NCBI GenBank assembly: GCA_024704765.1
Contig: JAKMXF010000042.1
Span: 1 to 54,532, forward strand
DNA: 54,532 bases
Direction: 5' to 3'
Origin: Oopsacas minuta
Lineage: Eukaryota; Animalia; Porifera
How positions within the stretch are numbered: the first letter of the stretch is position 1; each line of letters starts with the position of its first letter. Of the stretch, positions 1 to 11,294 are shown piece by piece. A model generated the notes under the pieces. It was not told the origin of the DNA. It searched no databases and saw only the letters and a program-made list of their open reading frames with translations. The position numbers and the translations under genes were made by a program.

Positions 1-1024
1 AGATATACAAATGTTGAATTCGAAAATTAGAATTGACGATATTCTCAATGTATTGTCATAATTAATAAGTCCCTAAAATGCCCCCATGAGGCTTAATCCA
101 CGTAAATATTCAATTTGTTCGTTTCATATGGAAGCATTTACTACCTCTGTTATACACATTGTAGATATTTGTGATATATACAAGAAGATAGAAAAGTAAA
201 AACTTTAGAACTTACTTCCATACTTTGAAGAATTAATAATTTCCGTTTGAGTGTCAAGACAAGTAACAAGGAGAAATAGAATGAACTAGCAAGAAAGAAG
301 CAGACATCTAAAGATAGAATTGTATTATACTTTCAACTTGACTATTTATATTGGAATTTCTCAACTTGGGAGGTCATACACATACTGAATTTGATCAAAT
401 TGAAATAATCACTTTGATTGATGTATTCAAGTGACGTCAAAGATTCAAACGAAAAATGTGCGAATGATGTATACATTTCAGGTTGAATTTTCGAGTGAAG
501 TTAGAATCCTGAAATACAAACAAGTTGACCAATAAGTTATTGAAGACATGGTAGCATATAGCACGCCATACAAGATGCAATTTTTGTTACAAGCAACAAG
601 GCAACATCAACAATGTTGCACAAGCTACGCACTGAATATTTAAAGAATTATTACGCTTTTAGTGACAATTCATTTGAATTATATTTGTATTGCTTGATTT
701 CATTTATACATACAAATTCACTTTATTACACTATTTAGATTTCCCACAAATTTTCCCACAACACCAGTGGTAATATATTTGTTCTATATTCGTCCATCAT
801 TGTGTGTATAGTAATGAGCGTTGGAAAATGGAGCTCTGGTGCTACCCAATTTCATGAGGTTATGAAACCAGTTTAAACTTATAACCAGATCGCTAATTTA
901 CTATTTACTCAGGCAGGGATGGATTAGGTTAATTACCGCTTTGAGAAAATATAATCAGTCAATCGAATAGTGTCGTTTCCACCATTTTCTTCATTATTCC
1001 TAGGAGGCTTTGAGAGCTACAAAC

Positions 1025-1405
1025 CAGACTTGCCAACCCTCCAGGGATCCCTGGATTACCCCGAGATTTGACCTCTGATCCAGGGATTTACTGGAAAATC
1101 CAGGGATTCGAAAGTTTGTATCGGCCGGGTAAATTGTGAATTTTCAACTACGATGCCAATAACTATAAGTGTTACATAACAATCAATAAGTTATTCTTCA
1201 GAACTAGATTATATATAACCTAAAAAAGATCCAGAGATTTCCCTGGATCTTTAGTTAGGGAGTTACAAGCTCCTTCTCAGACGTACTGTTAATGGTACTG
1301 GTCCTATTTGGATTTATAATATTTGCGAATCCAGGGAAATTGTTAAAAATCCAGGGATTTTAAGATTTCAATCCGCGAATTATCAACGAAGGGTTGGTAA
1401 GTCTG
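1025..1405. mobile_element. MITE with 16-bp TIRs (hAT-like ends) and subterminal CCAGGGATT repeats
   Basis: cagacttgccaaccct (1025-1040) is the reverse complement of agggttggtaagtctg (1390-1405) with 1 mismatch; the ccaggga(t) motif recurs inside both ends; no clean 8-bp TSD. Confidence 0.65.
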
Positions 1406-1552
1406 TATTAAACAATTTTACATTATCAAACTCATTATGTTGGTAATATAAATATACAAATACAATTGGTCCTGTCTAATTGTACGCTTTGGACACCATT
1501 GCCCATTTGTGGACAATTAGAGAGGATCCGCTGTGTTTACATTTATATGATT

Positions 1553-1940
1553 ATTTCCATATTTATTTGTTGTTTATTCTAGAAAGTTGTTTACCGAATC
1601 AGTTATCAACACAATCGTTGGAGAGTAATGACTCAGATGTGGTGAGTAAGCAACTTCTGTTAGATTCTTTTAGCTGTTTCTTATTTATTATTCTATTTTT
1701 AGTATCAAGTTAGTTTATCTAAACATCAAAAATTGGAATTTTCTGTTGTTGAAAGAATGTGTGAAAATATTATCAATGTAAGTGGCTATTTCTTGATTTG
1801 GCGCCTTACGTTTGTTTCTCATTTAATTATACTAATAATCTAATTAGGGAATATTCATATCTCAAATACATTCCGAACATTCATCTGGTTGCTATGATGA
1901 GCTCAGACAAAGTGATATAATAATGAGGTGAATACACTAT
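1553..1940. repeat. Dispersed ~390-bp repeat, copy 1 (copy 2 at 36101-36488)
   Basis: Colinear, high-identity match, e.g. tctagaaagttgtttaccgaatcag...gactcagatgtggtgagtaagcaact...tttggcgcctt in both copies. Confidence 0.85.
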
Positions 1941-2192
1941 CATATGTTTGTTGTTTGGAATAATTACAGGCATAAGTTGTGTTTATGAGCTCAACAACAA
2001 ACTTCAAACACCAGCACAAAGAAGGATAAGACTACAAACAAACAAAAAGGTTTGAAAATATACAAACGTATTTGTTTACAATTATTTACTTGTTATTAGT
2101 TACAATCACCTCTCTATAAAGTTACAGAATATTTAACTAATAACAAACATTCGTATTACGATATAGAGGAAGAGTTATTAGAGAAGAGATTA

Positions 2193-3304
2193 CCTCAACC
2201 TAGTCCATACTGATTATACAGCATTCCAATGTCAATATGTGTTGTCATGTTACTTATCATGATTGTTTACTTGTTTACATATACTGTACACTTTGTTTAG
2301 CGCCAAAATTAGTTTATCAACAAACTTCTACAATTGTCCCGAATTTGCTAATTATAGATTACTACACAAATAGAAACTGATAGCTAATACAGCATAGCAA
2401 CTAATTCTTCAAAAGGAATGTGGCTAGTTATAACTGGGACTAATTTACATATTGAAAGCCATCTGGCCTAACACATCCGTAATTCTGTAAGACAATAGTC
2501 TCGTGGTAGAGTTCAAGGAAAAATGATTAGTTGTGGCTTTCTATTTCGCCACTTAACACCTGAATAATTAATGTATGAATTTGTATAAATACAGTCTGTA
2601 AATGAGAATAATCATAAACAGAACAACAAACAAATGGCCACCAAATACTCAGACGAAGTTCCTACCAACCATTTCGAACTAGTGGAACAGAAGATCCATT
2701 CCACCTTCGAGAAGATTATTAGGATTGCGACAGAAAGGAGAGATCAGCTGCTTGTCCAGCTGTTCGATTTCAAGCAGGACTATCTAATAAAGGAGAATAT
2801 ACCTATCCCAATCCATTCCTTCTATACTGAGGGTCTGGACTCTCTCCTAGAACAGCTGGAGAAGTTGGGTTCTATTCAGGAGATAGCTGAATCCTACAAA
2901 AACAAGACACAGCCAATCAGAAGGATAGGAAAACGTGGAAGTGAGAAAGGAGAGCTGTATAACCCTAGTGGATTAGCTCTAGATGGAGATAAGATCTATA
3001 TAGCAGATACAGAGAATAATAGGATACAGATCTTCTCTACAGAGGGTAAGTTCATTCATGAATTTGGTAAAGAGCAGCTAAATTATCCACGCGATATAGC
3101 ATTAAATAAGAAATGGGTGTTTATAAGTGATTGGAGACTTAATACTATATCTAAATTCTCTAAAACTAATTACCAATTAATTAAGAGTTTTAAGGAAGAT
3201 GTTGGTGCCCCTTGTGGTCTAACAACTGACACAAATGGAGAAGTGTTAGTTGCAGATTCTTATAATAATAGAATTGCAGTATTCAGCTCTGATTTAGAAT
3301 ATAT
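2193..3304 (+). repeat. Segmental duplicate of 53279-54532 (upstream region plus NHL gene)
   Basis: Both start cctcaacctagtccatactgattatacagcattcc and stay colinear through the ATG and the coding region to the window end, apart from a 141-bp indel. Confidence 0.95.
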
Positions 3305-3659
3305 TAGAGAAATAGGAAAAGACAAACTTAAATATCCGCAAGACGTCAAAATAAATAATAATAATATATTTGTAGTAGACAGAAATGAGATTAATAATAT
3401 ACACATATTCTCTAAATCAGGTGATTTATTGAAAAGTTTCATAAAATTAGAAGATGGAAGAGGAATTATTTATATGTGTTTTGATTTGTATAATAATATT
3501 ATAATTAGCGATGAGTTGGGAAGTTCAATTAATATATTTACTGAAGATGGACAGCTGATACACAAAATTAAATGTAATAGGCCTATAGGAATAATTGTTA
3601 ATAATAACTTTGATATTATTTGTGTTAGTTTTCGTGAAGATGTAATAAATATATATTAA
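2634..3659 (+). CDS. Coiled-coil + NHL-repeat beta-propeller protein (TRIM-NHL-like C-terminal half, no RING/B-box), 341 aa
   Basis: Intact single-exon ORF; NHL repeats such as LYNPSGLALDGDKIYIADTENNRIQIF and PCGLTTDTNGEVLVADSYNNRIAVF. Confidence 0.9.
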   Translation: MATKYSDEVPTNHFELVEQKIHSTFEKIIRIATERRDQLLVQLFDFKQDYLIKENIPIPIHSFYTEGLDSLLEQLEKLGSIQEIAESYKNKTQPIRRIGKRGSEKGELYNPSGLALDGDKIYIADTENNRIQIFSTEGKFIHEFGKEQLNYPRDIALNKKWVFISDWRLNTISKFSKTNYQLIKSFKEDVGAPCGLTTDTNGEVLVADSYNNRIAVFSSDLEYIREIGKDKLKYPQDVKINNNNIFVVDRNEINNIHIFSKSGDLLKSFIKLEDGRGIIYMCFDLYNNIIISDELGSSINIFTEDGQLIHKIKCNRPIGIIVNNNFDIICVSFREDVINIY

Positions 3660-4047
3660 TTTCCTGTATTTTACTTGTTTGTTTATTATTAAAAATATTT
3701 CTCTCACTTTATCACATTTTATTTATAAGAATCTTAATGAAGGTGTCAACCAACAATTTTCATATGTAATTCATTTAGGACTGTTTTTTTGTGGGCCCAA
3801 TCCTGTCATTTGTGGACTGTCAATGGGACAGGTGGTGCAACGTCGGAACAACCCATTAGGATTTGGCATAATTCACACCTGCCACTAGTTGTTAATCTTC
3901 GCTAAGGTGTTATAAATACATCACATAATAAGTGTTCATAATTACAACAATTCCACATTCCAACAGCTCAAATGCTTCACTGCTTAATTCTACTAATAAT
4001 AATTCAAGTATCATATATTCACACGTCATCATTAGGACACAAAATTA

Positions 4048-4790
4048 GTGACTATAAATGAAGAATATATACACATTAAGAAAGTCATAAAACTCCTTTG
4101 CCATACAGATCCAATATCAGGAGTATTCCAATTCTCTCTGCTGGAACCGAATGAACGAAAAGCAATAGCTTTTCTTGCCAATGGAAAATCAGCAAGTGAA
4201 GATTCCTTAAATTCAATATATCAGAAGATGTATACATTGGATATCTTATTCAATTCTATCAAACCTAATGAAGATATCACATGCACAGGGTTTGTCACTT
4301 TACATCCCAAAGTTTCCCGCTGTTGAAAAGAATCCTGACACAAATAGAGAGTTTATTTAGTAGAGCGTCAAGAAAATTAGTGGAATATTCTCCACAAAGC
4401 GAAAACTATTACAATTATTCCCAGCATTCACAACAAACTACATGTAAGTTCAAACTTGTAATTGTGTTTATACTGAAAATACTAATTGCTATTCAAATTT
4501 TTTTATATTTTACCACTCTACTATACTTGTACAGGTTGCCAGTATACGAAAATCTAGAAGTTGAGTCAGCTGAACCGTGTCTCAAAAAGTTTCCAACTCA
4601 CAAAAGGTTTCCCCCCGGAATAGTAGCAATCGCTTGTAAACACAGGATTTGTTATGGTTTCCAAATCCTCAGACAACACGAATCTACAGTTGTAATTTAT
4701 AATTTGTTAATGACCATATTCAGAGAACAGCCAAAAGTGATCATCTACGATAATGCTTGCAACTTACGCAAAACATGTATGAAAAGGTAA
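4048..4790 (+). mobile_element. Degenerate KDZ (Kyakuja-Dileera-Zisupton)-type transposase fragment with apparent introns
   Basis: PPGIVAIACKHRICYGFQILRQHES...PKVIIYDNACNLRKTC matches the KDZ catalytic core (PG..C.H..CYGF...ES; IIYDNAC); gtaagt donors near 4445 and 4787, acceptor tacag near 4533; frameshifts; downstream DRFH part not found. Confidence 0.65.
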
Positions 4791-5951
4791 GTGCACATAA
4801 CAAATTGTTTTCATCACTAAGAAGGATAGCAACATAAATCGCATACATGCGTATAGATAATGTATTCTTCATTACCAGATATTTTCTAGCATGTTTGAAT
4901 CTACATATTCTATCACAAAATAATAATATATTATCAATCTTCCTCGAGAAATTTAACACGCTGTATTGATGATGGTATAGAGTTGTATAGTAACGTAATC
5001 CACCATTAGGCATGTAGTATAATACAATACGGCTATCACTGCGAGAGGTAGAGGTGTTAGAATTCGCTAAAAATTTGTTTATATCATCAGCGAATAGTGG
5101 ATTTAGTTTGTGGTCTAAAGCATGGAGATTACATTTGCCAATTTTATCTGAGCCTAATTTGTGTGAGAAATCGCGAGTTTTCTGTATTTCAGCTTCTATG
5201 TAGTCAACAGGCTGACTAGACTGACGCAATGAATTTGAGAAATCTTCATCGAATAACATAGCTTCTTTTAGAGGGATTTAATAAGAATGTTTTCGATATT
5301 TGACAGTTTTTATCAATTTCCTGAGTGCAGCAATCCTTTTCTTTGAAGAATTACAAGTTTGTTTGTTCAGTGAATCAATGTAGTATCTAGGAAAACTATC
5401 TATTTCAACTAAAGTTAGTTTTGTTCTAATCTTCAAATAATTCGGAACATAGTGCATTATCTTATCAGGATCATACAAATTATTCTGCTGAACAAATGGT
5501 AGAATTGGTCTAAAAGGTCGCATATTAAACTAAATCTGATAGAAACTAGACATTCTGAAGAAATTCAATATGAAATACCACTTGACATCACGGATGATGA
5601 CATCTTTCTTACGACCAGTAATAAACTCGAGAGATTCATAGAAATAGTCTCTATACTCATTTCTATCATAGCAGTTAATCTGTTCAGTATAATTGGGTAA
5701 AATATCATTTTATGTTCATTATAGAATAAAGATATTTTGCAACGATTCTTACCATCTTTTCGACCAAATATTAACCCTTTTTCTGTTGTGTTTATCTGTA
5801 ATGTGACTGAGTATTTATCGGCGAAAGAGTGCTCGTCAATTGAACAAGCGAATCGACTGATTTTCTTTCTGACCCTGAATGCAAAATGTATTGCATAAGC
5901 CAAAAATAAAGTTGATAAGAACAAAATAAAGAATATGTAGTAGAATAGCAT
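4741..5951 (-). pseudogene. Disrupted gene for a type II membrane protein of unknown function
   Basis: N-terminal hydrophobic anchor MLFYYIFFILFLSTLFLAYAIHFAF; ORFs 5278-5523 and 4741-5259 are in the same frame with one TAA between (HSY*IPLKEAMLF); a frameshift separates them from 5565-5951. Confidence 0.4.
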
Positions 5952-6547
5952 TTCTAATTAATATGTATTAACTTAAAGCAGAGTACAGCTGGTACGCCAT
6001 AAACTAGGACTAAAATGTATCTGCCATAGGTCAGTGAATTGTGACATACACGTAGGATTAATTGGGAATAAACAAATTAGTTGTAATAGACTTTCCCCAC
6101 TAGTAGTTGGAATTGTTATGCAAGCGTGTATATTAGGGTAGTACAGTAGAACTTGGATAAGACGTACGCTCGGTTAATACGTATTACTTCCCATTAATTA
6201 TTGCAATGCAATCCCTATTCGGATGACGTAACTCAGATAGTACATACAAATTTTTTCACGATTGAGTAGGTCTTAAGATTTCACTATAGATTCCTCGTGC
6301 TTAGCTAACCATCTTTGCTACAGATCGCTTCTAGCAGTGGTCAATGTTTCATTAATAAAGACGTACCGAAACCTTCACTACGTACATATTAGTAGATAAG
6401 TGATATAATTAGGTAGGTTAATCTGCTCTATTAGAACTAAATTTATAAATAACTCGATCAGATAAAATTTGTATCAAATAAATAAACACCACACAAAAAA
6501 TATATATACTCTGAGAAAGGTAAAATAATCTGACAAGTATATTCGTT

Positions 6548-7806
6548 TCAAAATATTTGAATACACTGATACATGTTACAAGATACTACGATTATTCTAC
6601 CGTTTCTGTCTATTGCAATACCTTTTGGCTATTTAATTGGCCTCTATCTTCTCCACATTCTCCAATCTTGTGTATCAGTTTTTCTGAGCTGGAAAATATC
6701 AGAACAAAATGACAAGAATCTGAATGGTCTGTTATCAAAATATTGGAATCTGAGTAGATACAGAAATGACTTAAAAGTCCAACTTGATTATCTTCTCCAT
6801 AGGTGATAATGTCTCGAATCAGCTGATGAGAATAATTATAAAATCTAATACACTTCTCTCCCTCCATTAACACTACTACTTCCTGTGAAGTTAGTCTGAC
6901 ATCCTTTGGGTGACGAACATCACTAATTAATGATTTGAGCTATAGTCCTGTAGATTCAAACATTGTACGCGATTGTTGGACCAGTCACAAATGTAGATAA
7001 GATCTTTCTCAATTGAAACAACAACTCCTCTAGGATCATCAAATTCTAGCTCTTTCTTTCCTTTACTTCCGACAGTGTGAGATAATGCACCGTCAGTATG
7101 ATATACATTGAGGCTATTAACATCTGTCTGTAACATATACCTTGTTAAGCTGCATGCATATATAAGCTGGGCCTTTCATCTTGTCACTGATATCACGAAT
7201 GAACTCTAAAGATTCGTTGTAAACTTGAACTCGATTGTTTGCAGTGCCACAAATATAAATATTATTCGTTTCCGGGTTAATAGCTAAGGAACGAGGACAT
7301 CTGAATTCTTGAGAATTTGGAGAGTTGTAACTGTGTGTACCAGCAAACATCACTGGATAAGATAATTGCTTATAGTTAGGTACAGCACTGACTCGAATTG
7401 ATCCTACTTTACAAAGTATATTTTCAAGGGGAAGTTCGTCCCACTCAAACTCAACTCTCCTAAACTTTGCTCTGGATTTCTCCATCATTGTTTCCAGCTC
7501 GTTTATACGGAGATTGATCCGTTCTAATTCGCTTCTCATGAATCCTTTTTCACAATCTTTGAATCTAATTTCTCCTTTCTCAGCTTCTAATTTTGCTATC
7601 TCATCAGTAACTTCTTTACTATTATATTCGTCTTCTATCCTCTTAAATTCAGATTGTAGCTGTAGTACTCTCTCTTTTAATCTCTCAGCTACAGACTCCT
7701 CAGCTGCCATTATTTTCTCATTCAGTTCGGATTTAGCAACAGCCAATTGTAATAGGAAAGGCTTCTCTTCATAGTTTGATCCTGTAGTAGTTACTGAAGT
7801 AGCCAT
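6548..7806 (-). pseudogene. Coiled-coil + NHL-repeat gene broken by frameshifts
   Basis: MATSV... coiled coil, then FRCPRSLAINPETNNIYICGTANNRVQV, FDDPRGVVVSIEKDLIYICDWSNNRVQ and terminal PKGIAIDRNGRIIVVSC...IQIF* spread over several frames. Confidence 0.85.
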
Positions 7807-8300
7807 CTGAGATAATTACTACTAATGATATTGTTGTCTACTGAATATACGTATATAAGTACTCGAAAACAGTGGAACCTTGCAAGTGGGGTTGGTAGAT
7901 GGAAGTTTTTGGAACAAAATAGCCACTGAATCTCCTAAAGTGGGGAATTTTCAGAAGTTAGGATTGAGAAGGGCTGGATGCAATTTTGAATGAAACTACA
8001 CAAAAATTTCAAAGAGAAATTGCAAAGGGGGTGAACGCAGATAGAATAGAACCTGCATAATTTGGCAATTCAAGGTGGGGAGCCTAACAACAGTGTTCTC
8101 TTCCCTCTAAGGAATCCGTGAGAATTTTGGCATAATGAAATGCATACTTACCAACCCTTTGAAACTATTTCCTTGGATACATTTCTCGGATTCTCTGGTT
8201 TTCTAAATTGATTGTAGTGATTTAGATTAATAAGGCACTTTCTAACTCTTTACCTGAGAAATACGGTCCATATGTCTACTATAAGGGAAGGTCTGTACAA

Positions 8301-8568
8301 TGGCCACAACTGGCAAAATTGGCTTATAAATATTTATGCACACCCGCACCAATTGGATCATGTGCCAGTGAACGTGAGTTCAAAATTGAAAATATAACTC
8401 AGCAGCGATGAACGTGTTAGACTGCTCCCAGAAAATATTGGAAGGCTACTGTTTCTAAAATTCAACTTGAGGGCAATCGGATATAACACTGAACAACTCA
8501 AGATAGTGAATGAGGAGGAGGAGAATTTAATATCTGGCAGCATTGATATTTCTAAAGTAGTGTATTGA
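8301..8568 (+). mobile_element. hAT transposase C-terminal dimerisation-domain relic
   Basis: WPQLAKLAYKYLCTPAPIGSCASEREFK, then after a frameshift SDERVRLLPENIGRLLFLKFNL, typical of Dimer_Tnp_hAT. Confidence 0.75.
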
Positions 8569-8570
8569 TA

Positions 8571-9235
8571 GGGATATGGACAAATGACTACATGGATAAA
8601 TATTACAATTCCGGTACTTCGTGATATAGATACATGTTTTCTACTGATTTAAAGTGATGTGTATATATATATTCTACTAAATTTAATAATAAGTCAAAAT
8701 AACAAAAGACGAAGTAATGATGCATAAGTAAAGATAGAATATCATAGTAGTATATCCTATAACTCGTCCTAATTTGTTCCAAAAGTTAATCTGTGTGCAA
8801 TCCCTTGGAGGAATTTCATTTGGGATCGGTGAAAGTAATTAAGAACAAGGATTGGTTGAAGTAAAGCAGGCTAAATTTTTAGCCGGGGATAAGCCATCTA
8901 AAAGAACAAAGAATTCCGCTAATGAGGAGGGATTGACCAATCTTGTTCTTAATTACTTTCACCGATCCCAAATGAAATTCCTCCAAGGGATTGCACACAG
9001 ATTAACTTTTGGAACAAATTAGGACGAGTTATAGGATATACTACTATGATATTCTATCTTTACTTATGCATCATTACTTCGTCTTTTGTTATTTTGACTT
9101 ATTATTAAATTTAGTAGAATATATATATACACATCACTTTAAATCAGTAGAAAACATGTATCTATATCACAAAGTACCGGAATTGTAATATTTATCATGT
9201 AGTCATTTGTCCATGTAGTCATTTGTCCGTTTCCC
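8571..9235. mobile_element. Mutator-type foldback/MITE: ~290-bp near-perfect TIRs, ~79-bp spacer, 9-bp TSD
   Basis: Arm 8571-8856 is the reverse complement of arm 8936-9235 with only a few differences; gtattgata is duplicated at 8562-8570 and 9236-9244; termini GGGA...TCCC. Confidence 0.9.
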
Positions 9236-10559
9236 GTATTGATACAATAAATAAACTCTCATTTAGTAGTAATTCATCCTATTTAGTACCTTTTTATAGT
9301 TCCCAATAATAGATTAACTTCATATTGTCACATTTAGATTCTCATACTTGTGTATAATTGTTTTTACGTACGCTTATGTACTAATCCCGGATAAATTCCA
9401 TCCCGACAGAATCACTATTCATCATAAATTTATTATCCATGGTTGGTCATATAATAAAAAGTTGGGTGTTCATGCTCAGTAGAGTAGCGATAGAAGGAAT
9501 GTTGCATGATGTTGAATTTGAAATTTCTTTATCAGCTACTGTACTTTTCTGAAACTTTATTACGAATGTGAAGTTAGCAGCGCGCTGCAGCAGTAAGTTA
9601 TGAGCACGACTTAATGCATTATATCTCAGTCACCTCTTGGTTAATCGAGATGAAATCTCGTATGTAGCATTGTCTCGTGTGGGGCTTTTCTCATATTCAA
9701 TAATTAATCTCGATCGCACCTATTCTTCACACAATGGCGTTGCAAATTTTGTAATCTAAAATCCCCATATCGAATTTTGAGCCAACTAGCGCGACTTAAC
9801 CCTCAATAATTCTGTCAATTGTCAATCAATTCATCTGAAATTTGGTCAGTACCTTGTCTAGAGTGGTGCATTTCCCACATTCAATAGCTAATCCCTATCA
9901 CACCTACTCTTGTCACAATGACAACGCAAAATTTGTAGTACTAAATCCCCATATACTAGTCAGGGGTTGGCTGTTAGCCCTGAAACCGTGACAAGTCGGG
10001 TAAATGCACCAAATTTGGTACAAAGTTACAGTAGTGTACGCTTGTACCTTTATTGGGGAGCCAATTCTTCCAAGATCAGGAGTGTGATGCACAATCTGTT
10101 TTATGTGACACTGGACACATTTTGAAGGTATTTACATGCATTTATCTCATCCAGTTTGGATCGAAACGAATTTTATCTGGCAACAATCCATGCTCAAAAT
10201 TTGGCCTAAACATATCGAGTGACCCCTTGTTCGGCACCGCTAGGCTAGCTGAGTCTATTTATGCACATACAGACCCTTTAAATGATCTTAAGACAGTTAA
10301 CTAACTTCACAGAATATTGTTTATCCCCATGTAAACGAGTTTATCTCCAAGTATAAATCACAAGATGTAGATAAATACACTATTCAAGTTAATAATATTC
10401 TTGGAATTTTAGCATAAATATTTGGACCTGTTACCGAGATCTACAGTAGACCACAGGGACGTAGGTAGCAAAAAATTATTGGTGAGACATTCATCACATC
10501 TCACCATCTAGCTGTATTGACAGAATTGGGAAGCACCGCACCTCGTACCGGCTCCTACA

Positions 10560-10660
10560 GCACTGTACGATAAATGAATCAATTATAGTTTTCGTATTAT
10601 TAACAAAACATAGATATACACGGCACAATGTGCATCGGGGTTGAATTTTTGTGGAAATTT
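10560..10660 (-). mobile_element. Possible piggyBac C-terminal Cys-rich relic
   Basis: PRCTLCRVYLCFVNN resembles the CxxC-VYLCF end of piggyBac transposases; no other part of the element recognised. Confidence 0.3.
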
Positions 10661-11022
10661 TCATATTATTATCCATGGTCCCATCCAAATTCAATTTAAT
10701 GGCCTTTTGTGGTAATACTGCAGCTCTTACGTGGCTTTTGGTTAGAAATCTGGGCCATTTATGACTCAGTTATTTTGAAATTCTGAAATCTAATTTTTCG
10801 GATAATTTTTATGTTTTTCTACAGTCATGATGACGTAATAATTCTGGGATGAGTTTGCATTTGGCCAAAATCATGACATCAGATCATTTCTCACATTGAG
10901 GAGTGCCTGTGATTCAAATTTCACATCCCTATCATGTAAGTTGGCTGAGCAGTGGTTAATAATGTGGTATTCATTTTGTCATAGGTGTGTATTTTCGTCC
11001 AAAGCTCCATTTGGATACTAAT

Positions 11023-11142
11023 GGATACCTCAAGGCGCAATGCTCCAAGTTAATCGCGAACGACGAGCCAAAGGCTCGTAAATTATTAAATATCAATTGT
11101 TGTTTGTCCGTTGTCAAGGAAAGGATTTACGGTATGCAATTG
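11023..11142 (-). repeat. Helentron/HINE-like dispersed repeat, copy containing an end-to-start junction
   Basis: Hairpin acgagcc-aaa-ggctcgt directly adjacent to caattgttgtttgtccgttgtcaaggaaaggatttacggtatgcaa; shared with other copies. Confidence 0.6.
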
Positions 11143-11294
11143 TCAAATTGTCTCAATTAAGGTGAATATTTTTGCCCAAATTTTACGAAATTTTTTGTCA
11201 ATCTGCTTAGCTAAGTCACGGCTAAGTCAAAATTTTAACCGGTAGCACAGATTAAGCGAAATAGACTATTTATGAATTGCTAATACAATTAGAA

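Noticed and set aside
7514-7774. Antisense shadow ORFs (also 3260-3442, 12375-12686, 15864-16154, 38621-38806, 44546-44926, 47146-47406 and others)
   Set aside because: They overlap recognisable genes on the opposite strand and have no domain signal
8144-8152. atacttacc resembling the U1 snRNA 5' end
   Set aside because: The match stops after 9 nt, with no U1 stem-loops or Sm site
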